Assembly (NCBI RefSeq): GCF_009914755.1
Contig: NC_060936.1
DNA from: the human T2T-CHM13v2.0 reference genome, Homo sapiens
Reading direction: 5' to 3' (one strand)
Length of the DNA: 64,000 nucleotides
Under the pieces are notes generated by a model. The model was not told the origin of the DNA. It made no database searches and saw only the letters and a list, made by a program, of their open reading frames with translations. Every line of letters begins with the position of its first letter. Positions within the stretch are counted from its first letter, which is position 1. Shown here piece after piece: positions 39,701-51,500 of this stretch. The translations under genes and the position numbers were made by a program.

Positions 39701-40797
39701 GTTCAACTCTGTGAGTTGAATACACACACCACAAATAAGTTACTGAGAATTCTTCTGTGTAACATTATATGAGGAAATCCCGTTTCCAACGAAGGCCTCA
39801 AAGAGGTCCAAATATCCACTTGCAGACTTTACAAAGACAGTGTCTCCAAACTCCTCCATCGAAAGAATGGTTATACTCTGTGAATTGAACGCACACATCA
39901 CAAAGTAGTTTCTGAGAATGATTCTGTCTAGTTTTTATACGAAGATATTTCCTTTTCTACATTTGGCCTAAAAGCGCTTGAAATCTCCACCTGCAAATAT
40001 CACAAAAAGAGGGTTTCACATCTGCTCTGTCTAAAGGACAGTTCACCTCTGTGAGTTGAATAGAGGCAACACAAAGAACTTACTCAGTATTCTTCTTTCT
40101 AGCGTTCTATGAAGAAATCCCGTTTCCAACGAAGGCCCCAAAGAGGTCCAAATATCTGCTTGCAGACTTTACAGACAGAGTGTTTCCAAACTACTCTATG
40201 AAAAGAAAGCTTAAACTCCTTGAGTTGAACGCACACATCACAAAGTAGTTTCTGAGAATGATTCTGTCTAGTTTTTATACGAAGATGTTTCCTTTTCTAC
40301 ATTTGGTCTCAAAGCGATTGAAATCTCCAACTGGAAACTGCACAAATAGGCTGTTTCAAATCTGCTCTGTCTAAAGGAAGGTTCAACTCTGTGAGTTGAA
40401 TACACACACCACAAATAAGTTACTGAGAATTCTTCCGTCGAACATTACTTGAAGAAATCCCGTTTCCAACGAAGGCCTCAAAGAGGTCCAAATATCCACT
40501 TGCAGACATTACAAACAGAGTGTTTCCAAAACTGCTCCATCAAAAGAAAGGTTAAACTCTGTGAGCTGAACACACACATCAAAAAGAAGTTTCTGTGAAT
40601 GATTCTGTCTAGATTTTATAAGAAGATGTTTCCTTTTCTACCGTAGGCCTCAAAGCGCTTGAAATCTCCAGCTGCAAATTCCACAAAAAGGGTGTTTAAC
40701 ATCTGCTCTTCTAAAGGAAAGTTCAACTCTATGAGTTGAATACACACAGCACAAAGAAGTTACTGAGACTTCTCCTATCAAACATTATATGAAGAAA
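36720..40797 (-). repeat. Three canonical 8-mer HORs
   Basis: A boxes at 36720, 38079 and 39438, each followed by B, C and D. Confidence 0.88.
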
Positions 40798-42496
40798 TCC
40801 CGTTTCCAACGAAGGCCTCAAAGAGGTCCAAATATCTGCTTGCAGACTTTACAGACAGAGTGTTTCCAAACTGCTCCATCAAAAGAAAGGTTAAACTCCT
40901 TGAGTTGAACACACACATCACAAAGTAGTTTCTGTGAATGATTCTGTCTAGTTTTTATACGAAGATGTTTCCTTTTCTACCTTTGGTCTCAAAGCGATTG
41001 AAATCTCCACATGGAAACTCCACAAAAAGAGTGTTTCAAATCTGCTCTTTCTGAAGGAAGGTTCAACTCTGTGAGTTGAATACACACACCACAAATAAGT
41101 TACTGAGAATTCTTCTGTGTAACATTATATGAGGAAATCCCGTTTCCAACGAAGGCCTCAAAGAGGTCCAAATATCCACTTGCAGACTTTACAAAGACAG
41201 TGTCTCCAAACTCCTCCATCAAAAGAAAGGTTATACTCTGTGAATTGAACGCACACATCACAAAGTAGTTTCTGAGAATGATTCTGTCTAGTTTTTATAC
41301 GAAGATATTTCCTTTTCTACATTTGGCCTAAAAGCGCTTGAAATCTCCACCTGCAAATATCACAAAAAGAGGGTTTCACATCTGCTCTGTCTAAAGGACA
41401 GTTCACCTCTGTGAGTTGAATAGAGGCAACACAAAGAACTTACTCAGTATTCTTCTTTCTAGCGTTCTATGAAGAAATCCCGTTTCCAACGAAGGCCTCA
41501 AAGAGGTCAAATATCTGCTTGCAGACTTTACAGACAGAGTGTTTCCAAACTACTCTATGAAAAGAAAGCTTAAACTCCTTGAGTTGAACGCACACATCAC
41601 AAAGTAGTTTCTGAGAATGATTCTGTCTAGTTTTTATACGAAGATATTTCCTTTTCTACATTTGGCCTAAAAGCGCTTGAAATCTCCACCTGCAAATATC
41701 ACAAAAAGAGGGTTTCACATCTGCTCTGTCTAAAGGACAGTTCACCTCTGTGAGTTGAATAGAGGCAACACAAAGAACTTACTCAGTATTCTTCTTTCTA
41801 GCGTTCTATGAAGAAATCCCGTTTCCAACGAAGGCCCCAAAGAGGTCCAAATATCTGCTTGCAGACTTTACAGACAGAGTGTTTCCAAACTACTCTATGA
41901 AAAGAAAGCTTAAACTCCTTGAGTTGAACGCACACATCACAAAGTAGTTTCTGAGAATGATTCTGTCTAGTTTTTATACGAAGATGTTTCCTTTTCTACA
42001 TTTGGTCTCAAAGCGATTGAAATCTCCAACTGGAAACTGCACAAATAGGCTGTTTCAAATCTGCTCTGTCTAAAGGAAGGTTCAACTCTGTGAGTTGAAT
42101 ACACACACCACAAATAAGTTACTGAGAATTCTTCCGTCGAACATTACTTGAAGAAATCCCGTTTCCAACGAAGGCCTCAAAGAGGTCCAAATATCCACTT
42201 GCAGACATTACAAACAGAGTGTTTCCAAAACTGCTCCATCAAAAGAAAGGTTAAACTCTGTGAGCTGAACACACACATCAAAAAGAAGTTTCTGTGAATG
42301 ATTCTGTCTAGATTTTATAAGAAGATGTTTCCTTTTCTACCGTAGGCCTCAAAGCGCTTGAAATCTCCAGCTGCAAATTCCACAAAAAGGGTGTTTAACA
42401 TCTGCTCTTCTAAAGGAAAGTTCAACTCTATGAGTTGAATACACACAGCACAAAGAAGTTACTGAGACTTCTCCTATCAAACATTATATGAAGAAA
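40798..42496 (-). repeat. 10-mer variant A-B-[C/B chimera]-C-D
   Basis: The dimer at 41478 has a C first monomer (AAGCTT) and a B second monomer (GATATTTCC...GGCCTAAAAG...ATAGAGGCAAC), giving two HindIII sites ~340 bp apart. Confidence 0.87.
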
Positions 42497-43854
42497 TCCC
42501 GTTTCCAACGAAGGCCTCAAAGAGGTCCAAATATCTGCTTGCAGACTTTACAGACAGAGTGTTTCCAAACTGCTCCATCAAAAGAAAGGTTAAACTCCTT
42601 GAGTTGAACACACACATCACAAAGTAGTTTCTGTGAATGATTCTGTCTAGTTTTTATACGAAGATGTTTCCTTTTCTACCTTTGGTCTCAAAGCGATTGA
42701 AATCTCCACATGGAAACTCCACAAAAAGAGTGTTTCAAATCTGCTCTTTCTGAAGGAAGGTTCAACTCTGTGAGTTGAATACACACACCACAAATAAGTT
42801 ACTGAGAATTCTTCTGTGTAACATTATATGAGGAAATCCCGTTTCCAACGAAGGCCTCAAAGAGGTCCAAATATCCACTTGCAGACTTTACAAAGACAGT
42901 GTCTCCAAACTCCTCCATCAAAAGAAAGGTTATACTCTGTGAATTGAACGCACACATCACAAAGTAGTTTCTGAGAATGATTCTGTCTAGTTTTTATACG
43001 AAGATATTTCCTTTTCTACATTTGGCCTAAAAGCGCTTGAAATCTCCACCTGCAAATATCACAAAAAGAGGGTTTCACATCTGCTCTGTCTAAAGGACAG
43101 TTCACCTCTGTGAGTTGAATAGAGGCAACACAAAGAACTTACTCAGTATTCTTCTTTCTAGCGTTCTATGAAGAAATCCCGTTTCCAACGAAGGCCTCAA
43201 AGAGGTCAAATATCTGCTTGCAGACTTTACAGACAGAGTGTTTCCAAACTACTCTATGAAAAGAAAGCTTAAACTCCTTGAGTTGAACGCACACATCACA
43301 AAGTAGTTTCTGAGAATGATTCTGTCTAGTTTTTATACGAAGATGTTTCCTTTTCTACATTTGGTCTCAAAGCGATTGAAATCTCCAACTGGAAACTGCA
43401 CAAAGAGGCTGTTTCAAATCTGCTCTGTCTAAAGGAAGGTTCAGCTCTGTGAGTTGAATACACACACCACAAATAAGTTACTGAGAATTCTTCTGTCGAA
43501 CATTACAGGAAGAAATCCCGTTTCCAACGAAGGCCTCAAAGAGGTCCAAATATCCACTTGCGGACATTACAAACAGTGTGTTTCCCAACTGCTCCATCAA
43601 AAGAAAGGTTAAACTCTGTGAGCTGAACACACACATCAAAAAGAAGTTTCTGTGAATGATTCTGTCTAGATTTTATAAGAAGATGTTTCCTTTTCTACCG
43701 TAGGCCTCAAAGCGCTTGAAATCTCCAGCTGCAAATTCCACAAAAAGGGTGTTTAACATCTGCTCTTCTAAAGGAAAGTTCAACTCTATGAGTTGAATAC
43801 ACACAGCACAAAGAAGTTACTGAGACTTCTCCTATCAAACATTATATGAAGAAA

Positions 43855-45553
43855 TCCCGTTTCCAACGAAGGCCTCAAAGAGGTCCAAATATCTGCTTGC
43901 AGACTTTACAGACAGAGTGTTTCCAAACTGCTCCATCAAAAGAAAGGTTAAACTCCTTGAGTTGAACACAGACATCACAAAGTAGTTTCTGTGAATGATT
44001 CTGTCTAGTTTTTATACGAAGATGTTTCCTTTTCTACCTTTGGTCTCAAAGCGATTGAAATCTCCACATGGAAACTCCACAAAAAGAGTGTTTCAAATCT
44101 GCTCTTTCTGAAGGAAGGTTCAACTCTGTGAGTTGAATACACACACCACAAATAAGTTACTGAGAATTCTTCTGTGTAACATTATATGAGGAAATCCCGT
44201 TTCCAACGAAGGCCTCAAAGAGGTCCAAATATCCACTTGCAGACTTTACAAAGACAGTGTCTCCAAACTCCTCCATCAAAAGAAAGGTTATACTCTGTGA
44301 ATTGAACGCACACATCACAAAGTAGTTTCTGAGAATGATTCTGTCTAGTTTTTATACGAAGATATTTCCTTTTCTACATTTGGCCTAAAAGCGCTTGAAA
44401 TCTCCACCTGCAAATATCACAAAAAGAGGGTTTCACATCTGCTCTGTCTAAAGGACAGTTCACCTCTGTGAGTTGAATAGAGGCAACACAAAGAACTTAC
44501 TCAGTATTCTTCTTTCTAGCATTCTATGAAGAAATCCCGTTTCCAACGAAGGCCCCAAAGAGGTCCAAATATCTGCTTGCAGACTTTACAAAGACAGTGT
44601 CTCCAAACTCCTCCGTCAAAAGAAAGGTTATACTCTGTGAATTGAACGCACACATCACAAAGTAGTTTCTGAGAATGATTGCGTCTAGTTTTTATACGAA
44701 GATATTTCCTTTTCTACATTTGGCCTCAAAGCGCTTGAAATCTCCACCTGCAAATATCACAAAAAGAGTGTTTCACATCTGCTCTGTCTAAAGGACAGTT
44801 CACCTCTGTGAGTTGAATAGAGGCAACACAAAGAACTTACTCAGTATTCTTCTTTCTAGCGTTCTATGAAGAATTCCCGTTTCCAACGAAGGCCCCAAAG
44901 AGGTCCAAATATCTGCTTGCAGACTTTACAGACAGAGTGTTTCCAAACTACTCTATGAAAAGAAAGCTTAAACTCCTTGAGTTGAACGCACACATCACAA
45001 AGTAGTTTCTGAGAATGATTCTGTCTAGTTTTTATACGAAGATGTTTCCTTTTCTACATTTGGTCTCAAAGCGATTGAAATCTCCAACTGGAAACTGCAC
45101 AAATAGGGTGTTTCAAATCTGCTCTGTCTAAAGGAAGGTTCAACTCTGTGAGTTGAATACACACACCACACATAAGTTACTGAGAATTCTTCTGTCGAAC
45201 ATTACAGGAAGAAATCCCGTTACCAACGAAGGCCTCAAAGAGGTCCAAATATCCACTTGCAGACATTACAAACAGTGTGTTTGCAAACTGCTCCATCAAA
45301 AGAAAGGTTAAACTCTGTGAGCTGAACACACACATCAAAAAGAAGTTTCTGTGAATGATTCTGTCTAGATTTTATAAGAAGATGTTTCCTTTTCTACCGT
45401 AGGCCTCAAAGCGCTTGAAATCTCCAGCTGCAAATTCCACAAAAAGGGTGTTTAACATCTGCTCTTCTAAAGGAAAGTTCAACTCTATGAGTTGAATACA
45501 CACAGCACAAAGAAGTTTCTGAGACTTCTCCTATCAAACATTATATGAAGAAA
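43855..45553 (-). repeat. 10-mer variant A-B-B'-C-D
   Basis: The extra dimer B' at 44535 is GGCCCC...ATCTGCTTGCAGACTTTACA joined to AAGACAGTGTCTCC...CTCCGTC. Confidence 0.88.
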
Positions 45554-48500
45554 TCCCGTTTCCAACGAAGGCCTCAAAGAGGTCCAAATATCTGCTTGCA
45601 GACTTTACAGACAGAGTGTTTCCAAACTGCTCCATCAAAAGAAAGGTTAAACTCCTTGCGTTGAACACACACATCACAAAGTAGTTTCTGTGAATGATTC
45701 TGTCTAGTTTTTATACGAAGATGTTTCCTTTTCTACCTTTGGTCTCAAAGCGATTGAAATCTCCACATGGAAACTCCACAAAAAGAGTGTTTCAAATCTG
45801 CTCTTTCGGAAGGAAGGTTCAACTCTGTGAGTTGAATACACACACCACAAATAAGTTACTGAGAATTCTTCTGTGTAACATTATATGAGGAAATCCCGTT
45901 TCCAACGAAGGCCTCAAAGAGGTCCAAATATCCACTTGCAGACTTTACAAAGACAGTGTCTCCAAACTCCTCCATCAAAAGAAAGGTTATACTCTGTGAA
46001 TTGAACGCACACATCACAAAGTAGTTTCTGAGAATGATTCTGTCTAGTTTTTATACGAAGATATTTCCTTTTCTACATTTGGCCTAAAAGCGCTTGAAAT
46101 CTCCACCTGCAAATATCACAAAAAGAGGGTTTCACATCTGCTCTATCTAAAGGAGAGTTCACCTCTGTGAGTTGAATAGAGGCAACACAAAGAACTTACT
46201 CAGTATTCTTCTTTCTAGCGTTCTATGAAGAAATCCCGTTTCCAACGAAGGCCCCAAAGAGGTCAAATATCTGCTTGCAGACTTTACAGACAGAGTGTTT
46301 CCAAACTACTCTATGAAAAGAAAGCTTAAACTCCTTGAGTTGAACGCACACATCACAAAGTAGTTTCTGAGAATGATTCTGTCTAGTTTTTATACGAAGA
46401 TGTTTCCTTTTCTACATTTGGTCTCAAAGCGATTGAAATCTCCAACTGGAAACTGCACAAATAGGCTGTTTCAAATCTGCTCTGTCTAAAGGAAGGTTCA
46501 ACTCTGTGAGTTGAATACACACACCACAAATAAGTTACTGAGAATTCTTCCGTCGAACATTACTTGAAGAAATCCCGTTTCCAACGAAGGCCTCAAGGAG
46601 GTCCAAATAACCACTTGCAGACATTACAAACAGAGTGTTTCCAAACTGCTCCATCAAAAGAAAGGTTAAACTCTGTGAGCTGAACACACACATCAAAAAG
46701 AAGTTTCTGTGAATGATTCTGTCTAGATTTTATAAGAAGATGTTTCCTTTTCTACCGTAGGCCTCAAAGCGCTTGAAATCTCCAGCTGCAAATTCCACAA
46801 AAAGGGTGTTTAACATCTGCTCTTCTAAAGGAAAGTTCAACTCTATGAGTTGAATACACACAGCACAAAGAAGTTACTGAGACTTCTCCTATCAAACATT
46901 ATATGAAGAAATCCCGTTTCCAACGAAGGCCTCAAAGAGGTCCAAATATCTGCTTGCAGACTTTACAGACAGAGTGTTTCCAAACTGCTCCATCAAAAGA
47001 AAGGTTAAACTCCTTGAGTTGAACACACACATCACAAAGTAGTTTCTGTGAATGATTCTGTCTAGTTTTTATACGAAGATGTTTCCTTTTCTACCTTTGG
47101 TCTCAAAGCGATTGAAATCTCCACATGGAAACTCCACAAAAAGAGTGTTTCAAATCTGCTCTTTCTGAAGGAAGGTTCAACTCTGTGAGTTGAATACACA
47201 CACCACAAATAAGTTACTGAGAATTCTTCTGTGTAACATTATATGAGGAAATCCCGTTTCCAACGAAGGCCTCAAAGAGGTCCAAATATCCACTTGCAGA
47301 CTTTACAAAGACAGTGTCTCCAAACTCCTCCATCAAAAGAAAGGTTATACTCTGTGAATTGAACGCACACATCACAAAGTAGTTTCTGAGAATGATTCTG
47401 TCTAGTTTTTATACGAAGATATTTCCTTTTCTACATTTGGCCTAAAAGCGCTTGAAATCTCCACCTGCAAATATCACAAAAAGAGGGTTTCACATCTGCT
47501 CTATCTAAAGGAGAGTTCACCTCTGTGAGTTGAATAGAGGCAACACAAAGAACTTACTCAGTATTCTTCTTTCTAGCGTTCTATGAAGAAATCCCGTTTC
47601 CAACGAAGGCCTCAAAGAGGTCAAATATCTGCTTGCAGACTTTACAGACAGAGTGTTTCCAAACTACTCTATGAAAAGAAAGCTTAAACTCCTTGAGTTG
47701 AACGCACACATCACAAAGTAGTTTCTGAGAATGATTCTGTCTAGTTTTTATACGAAGATGTTTCCTTTTCTACATTTGGTCTCAAAGCGATTGAAATCTC
47801 CAACTGGAAACTGCACAAATAGGCTGTTTCAAATCTGCTCTGTCTAAAGGAAGGTTCAACTCTGTGAGTTGAATACACACACCACAAATAAGTTACTGAG
47901 AATTCTTCTGTCGAACATTACTTGAAAAAATCCCGTTTCCAACGAAGGCCTCAAGGAGGTCCAAATAACCACTTGCAGACATTACAAACAGAGTGTTTCC
48001 AAACTGCTCCATCAAAAGAAAGGTTAAACTCTGTGAGCTGAACACACACATCAAAAAGAAGTTTCTGTGAATGATTCTGTCTAGATTTTATAAGATGTTT
48101 CCTTTTCTACCGTAGGCCTCAAAGCGCTTGAAATCTCCAGCTGCAAATTCCACAAACAGGGTGTTTAACATCTGCTCTTCTAAAGGAAAGTTCAACTCTA
48201 TGAGTTGAATACACACAGCACAAAGAAGTTACTGAGACTTCTCCTATCAAACATTATATGAAGAAATCCCGTTTCCAACGAAGGCCTCAAAGAGGTCCAA
48301 ATATCTGCTTGCAGACTTTACAGACACAGTTTTTCCAAACTGCTCCATCAAGAGAAAGGTTAAACTCCTTGAGTTGAACACACACATCACAAAGTAGTTT
48401 CTGTGAATGATTCTGTCTAGTTTTTATACGAAGATGTTTCCTTTTCTACCTTTGGTCTCAAAGCGATTGAAATCTCCACATGGAAACTCCACAAAAAGAG

Positions 48501-51500
48501 TGTTTCAAATCTGCTCTTTCCGAAGGAAGGTTCAACTCTGTGAGTTGAATACACACACCACAAATAAGTTACTGAGAATTCTTCTGTGTAACATTATATG
48601 AGGAAATCCCGTTTCCAACGAAGGCCTCAAAGAGATCCAAATATCCACTTGCAGACTTTACAAAGACAGTGTCTCCAAACTCCTCCATCAAAAGAAAGGT
48701 TATCCTCTGTGAATTGAACGCACACATCACAAAGTAGTTTCTGAGAATGATTCTGTCTAGTTTTTATACGAAGATATTTCCTTTTCTACATTTGGCCTCA
48801 AAGCGCTTGAAATCTCCACCTGCAAATATCACAAAAAGAGGGTTTCACATCTGCTCTGTCTAAAGGACAGTTCACCTCTGTGAGTTGAATAGAGGCAACA
48901 CAAAGAACTTACTCAGTATTCTTCTTTCTAGCGTTCTATGAAGAAATCCCGTTTCCAACGAAGGCCCCAAAGAGGTCCAAATATCTGCTTGCAGACTTTA
49001 CAGACAGAGTGTTTCCAAACTACTCTATGAAAAGAAAGCTTAAACTCCTTGAGTTGAACGCACACATCACAAAGTAGTTTCTGAGAATGATTCTGTCTAG
49101 TTTTTATACGAAGATGTTTCCTTTTCTACATTTGGTCTCAAAGCGATTGAAATCTCCAACTGGAAACTGCACAAATAGGGTGTTTCAAATCTGCTCTGTC
49201 TAAAGGAAGGTTCAACTCTGTGAGTTGAATACACACACCACAAATAAGTTACTGAGAATTCTTCTGTCGAACATTACTTGAAGAAATCCCGTTTCCAACG
49301 AAGGCCTCAAAGAGGTCCAAATATCGACTTGCAGACATTACAAACAGAGTGTTTCCAAACTGCTCCATCAAAAGAAAGGTTAAACTCTGTGAGCTGAACA
49401 CACACATAAAAAAGAAGTTTCTGTGAATGATTCTGTCTAGATATTATAAGAAGATGTTTCCTTTTCTACCATAGGCCTCAAAGCACTTGAAATCTCCAGC
49501 TGCAAATTCCACAAAAAGGGTGTTTAACATCTGCTCTTCTAAAGGAAAGTTCAACTCTATGAGTTGAATACACACAGCACAAAGAAGTTACTGAGACTTC
49601 TCCTATCAAACATTACATGAAGAAATCCCGTTTCCAACGAAGGCCTCAAAGAGGTCCAAATATCTGCTTGCAGACTTTACAGACAGAGTGTTTCCAAACT
49701 GCTCCATCAAAAGAAAGGTTAAACTCCTTGAGTTGAACACACACATCACAAAGTAGTTTCTGTGAATGATTCTGTCTAGTTTTTATACGAAGATGTTTCC
49801 TTTTGTACTTTTGGTCTCAAAGCGATTGAAATCTCCACATGGAAACTCCACAAAAAGGGTGTTTCAAATCTGCTCTTTCTGAAGGAAGGTTCAACTCTGT
49901 GAGTTGAATACACACACCACAAATAAGTTACTAAGAATTCTTCTGTGTAACATTATATGAGGAAATCCCGTTTCCAACGAAGGCCTCAAAGAGATCCAAA
50001 TATCCACTTGCAGACTTTACAAAGACAGTGTCTCCAAACTCCTCCATCAAAAGAAAGGTTATACTCTGTGAATTGAACGCACACATCACAAAGTAGTTTC
50101 TGAGAATGATTCTGTCTAGTTTTTATACGAAGATATTTCCTTTTCTACATTTGGCCTAAAAGCGCTTGAAATCTCCACATGCAAATATCACAAAAACAGG
50201 GTTTCACATCTGCTCTGTCTAAAGGACAGTTCACCTCTGTGAGTTGAATAGAGGCAACACAAAGAACTTACTCAGTATTCTTCTTTCTAGCGTTCTATGA
50301 AGAAATCCCGTTTCCAACGAAGGCCTCGAAGAGGTCCAAATATCTGCTTGCAGACTTTACAGACAGAGTGTTTCCAAACTACTCTATGAAAAGAAAGCTT
50401 AAACTCCTTGAGTTGAACGCACACATCACAAAGTAGTTTCTGAGAATGATTCTGTCTAGTTTTTATACGAAGATGTTTCCTTTTCTACATTTGGTCCCAA
50501 AGCGATTGAAATCTCCAACTGGAAACTGCACAAATAGGGTGTTTCAAATCTGCTCTGTCTAAAGGAAGGTTCAACTCTGTGAGTTGAATACACACACCAC
50601 AAATAAGTTACTGAGAATTCTTCTGTCGAACATTACAGGAAGAAATCCCGTTTCCAACGAAGGCCTCAAAGAGGTCCAAATATCCACTTGCAGACATTAC
50701 AAACAGTGTGTTTCCCAACTGCTCCATCAAAAGAAAGGTTAAACTCTGTGAGCTGAACACACACATCAAAAAGAAGTTTCTGTGAATGATTCTGTCTAGA
50801 TTTTATAAGAAGATGTTTCCTTTTCTACCATAGGCCTCAAAGCGCTTGAAATCTCCAGCTGCAAATTCCACAAAAAGGGTGTTTAACATCTGCTCTTCTA
50901 AAGGAAAGTTCAACTCTATGAGTTGAATACACACAGCACAAAGAAGTTACTGAGACTTCTCCTATCAAACATTATATGAAGAAATCCCGTTTCCAACGAA
51001 GGCCTCAAAGAGGTCCAAATATCTGCTTGCAGACTTTACAGACAGAGTGTTTCCAAACTGCTCCATCAAAAGAAAGGTTAAACTCCTTGAGTTGAACACA
51101 GACATCACAAAGTAGTTTCTGTGAATGATTCTGTCTAGTTTTTATACGAAGATGTTTCCTTTTCTACCTTTGGTCTCAAAGCGATTGAAATCTCCATATG
51201 GAAACTCCACAAAAAGAGTGTTTCAAATCTGCTCTTTCTGAAGGAAGGTCCAACTCTGTGAGTTGAATACACACACCACAAATAAGTTACTGAGAATTCT
51301 TCTGTGTAACATTATATGAGGAAATCCCGTTTCCAACGAAGGCCTCAAAGAGATCCAAATATCCACTTGCAGACTTTACAAAGACAGTGTCTCCAAACTC
51401 CTCCATCAAAAGAAAGGTTATACTCTGTGAATTGAACGCACACATCACAAAGTAGTTTCTGAGAATGATTGTGTCTAGTTTTTATACGAAGATATTTCCT

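Noticed and set aside
45694-45888. 64-aa ORF variant (also at 59280-59474)
   Set aside because: An independent TGA>GGA change at the same codon. Sister copies at ~56.9 and ~63.7 kb carry the same change plus a new upstream stop (TCA>TGA), so there is no sign the frame is maintained. Seeing two changes at one codon reflects the ORF length filter.
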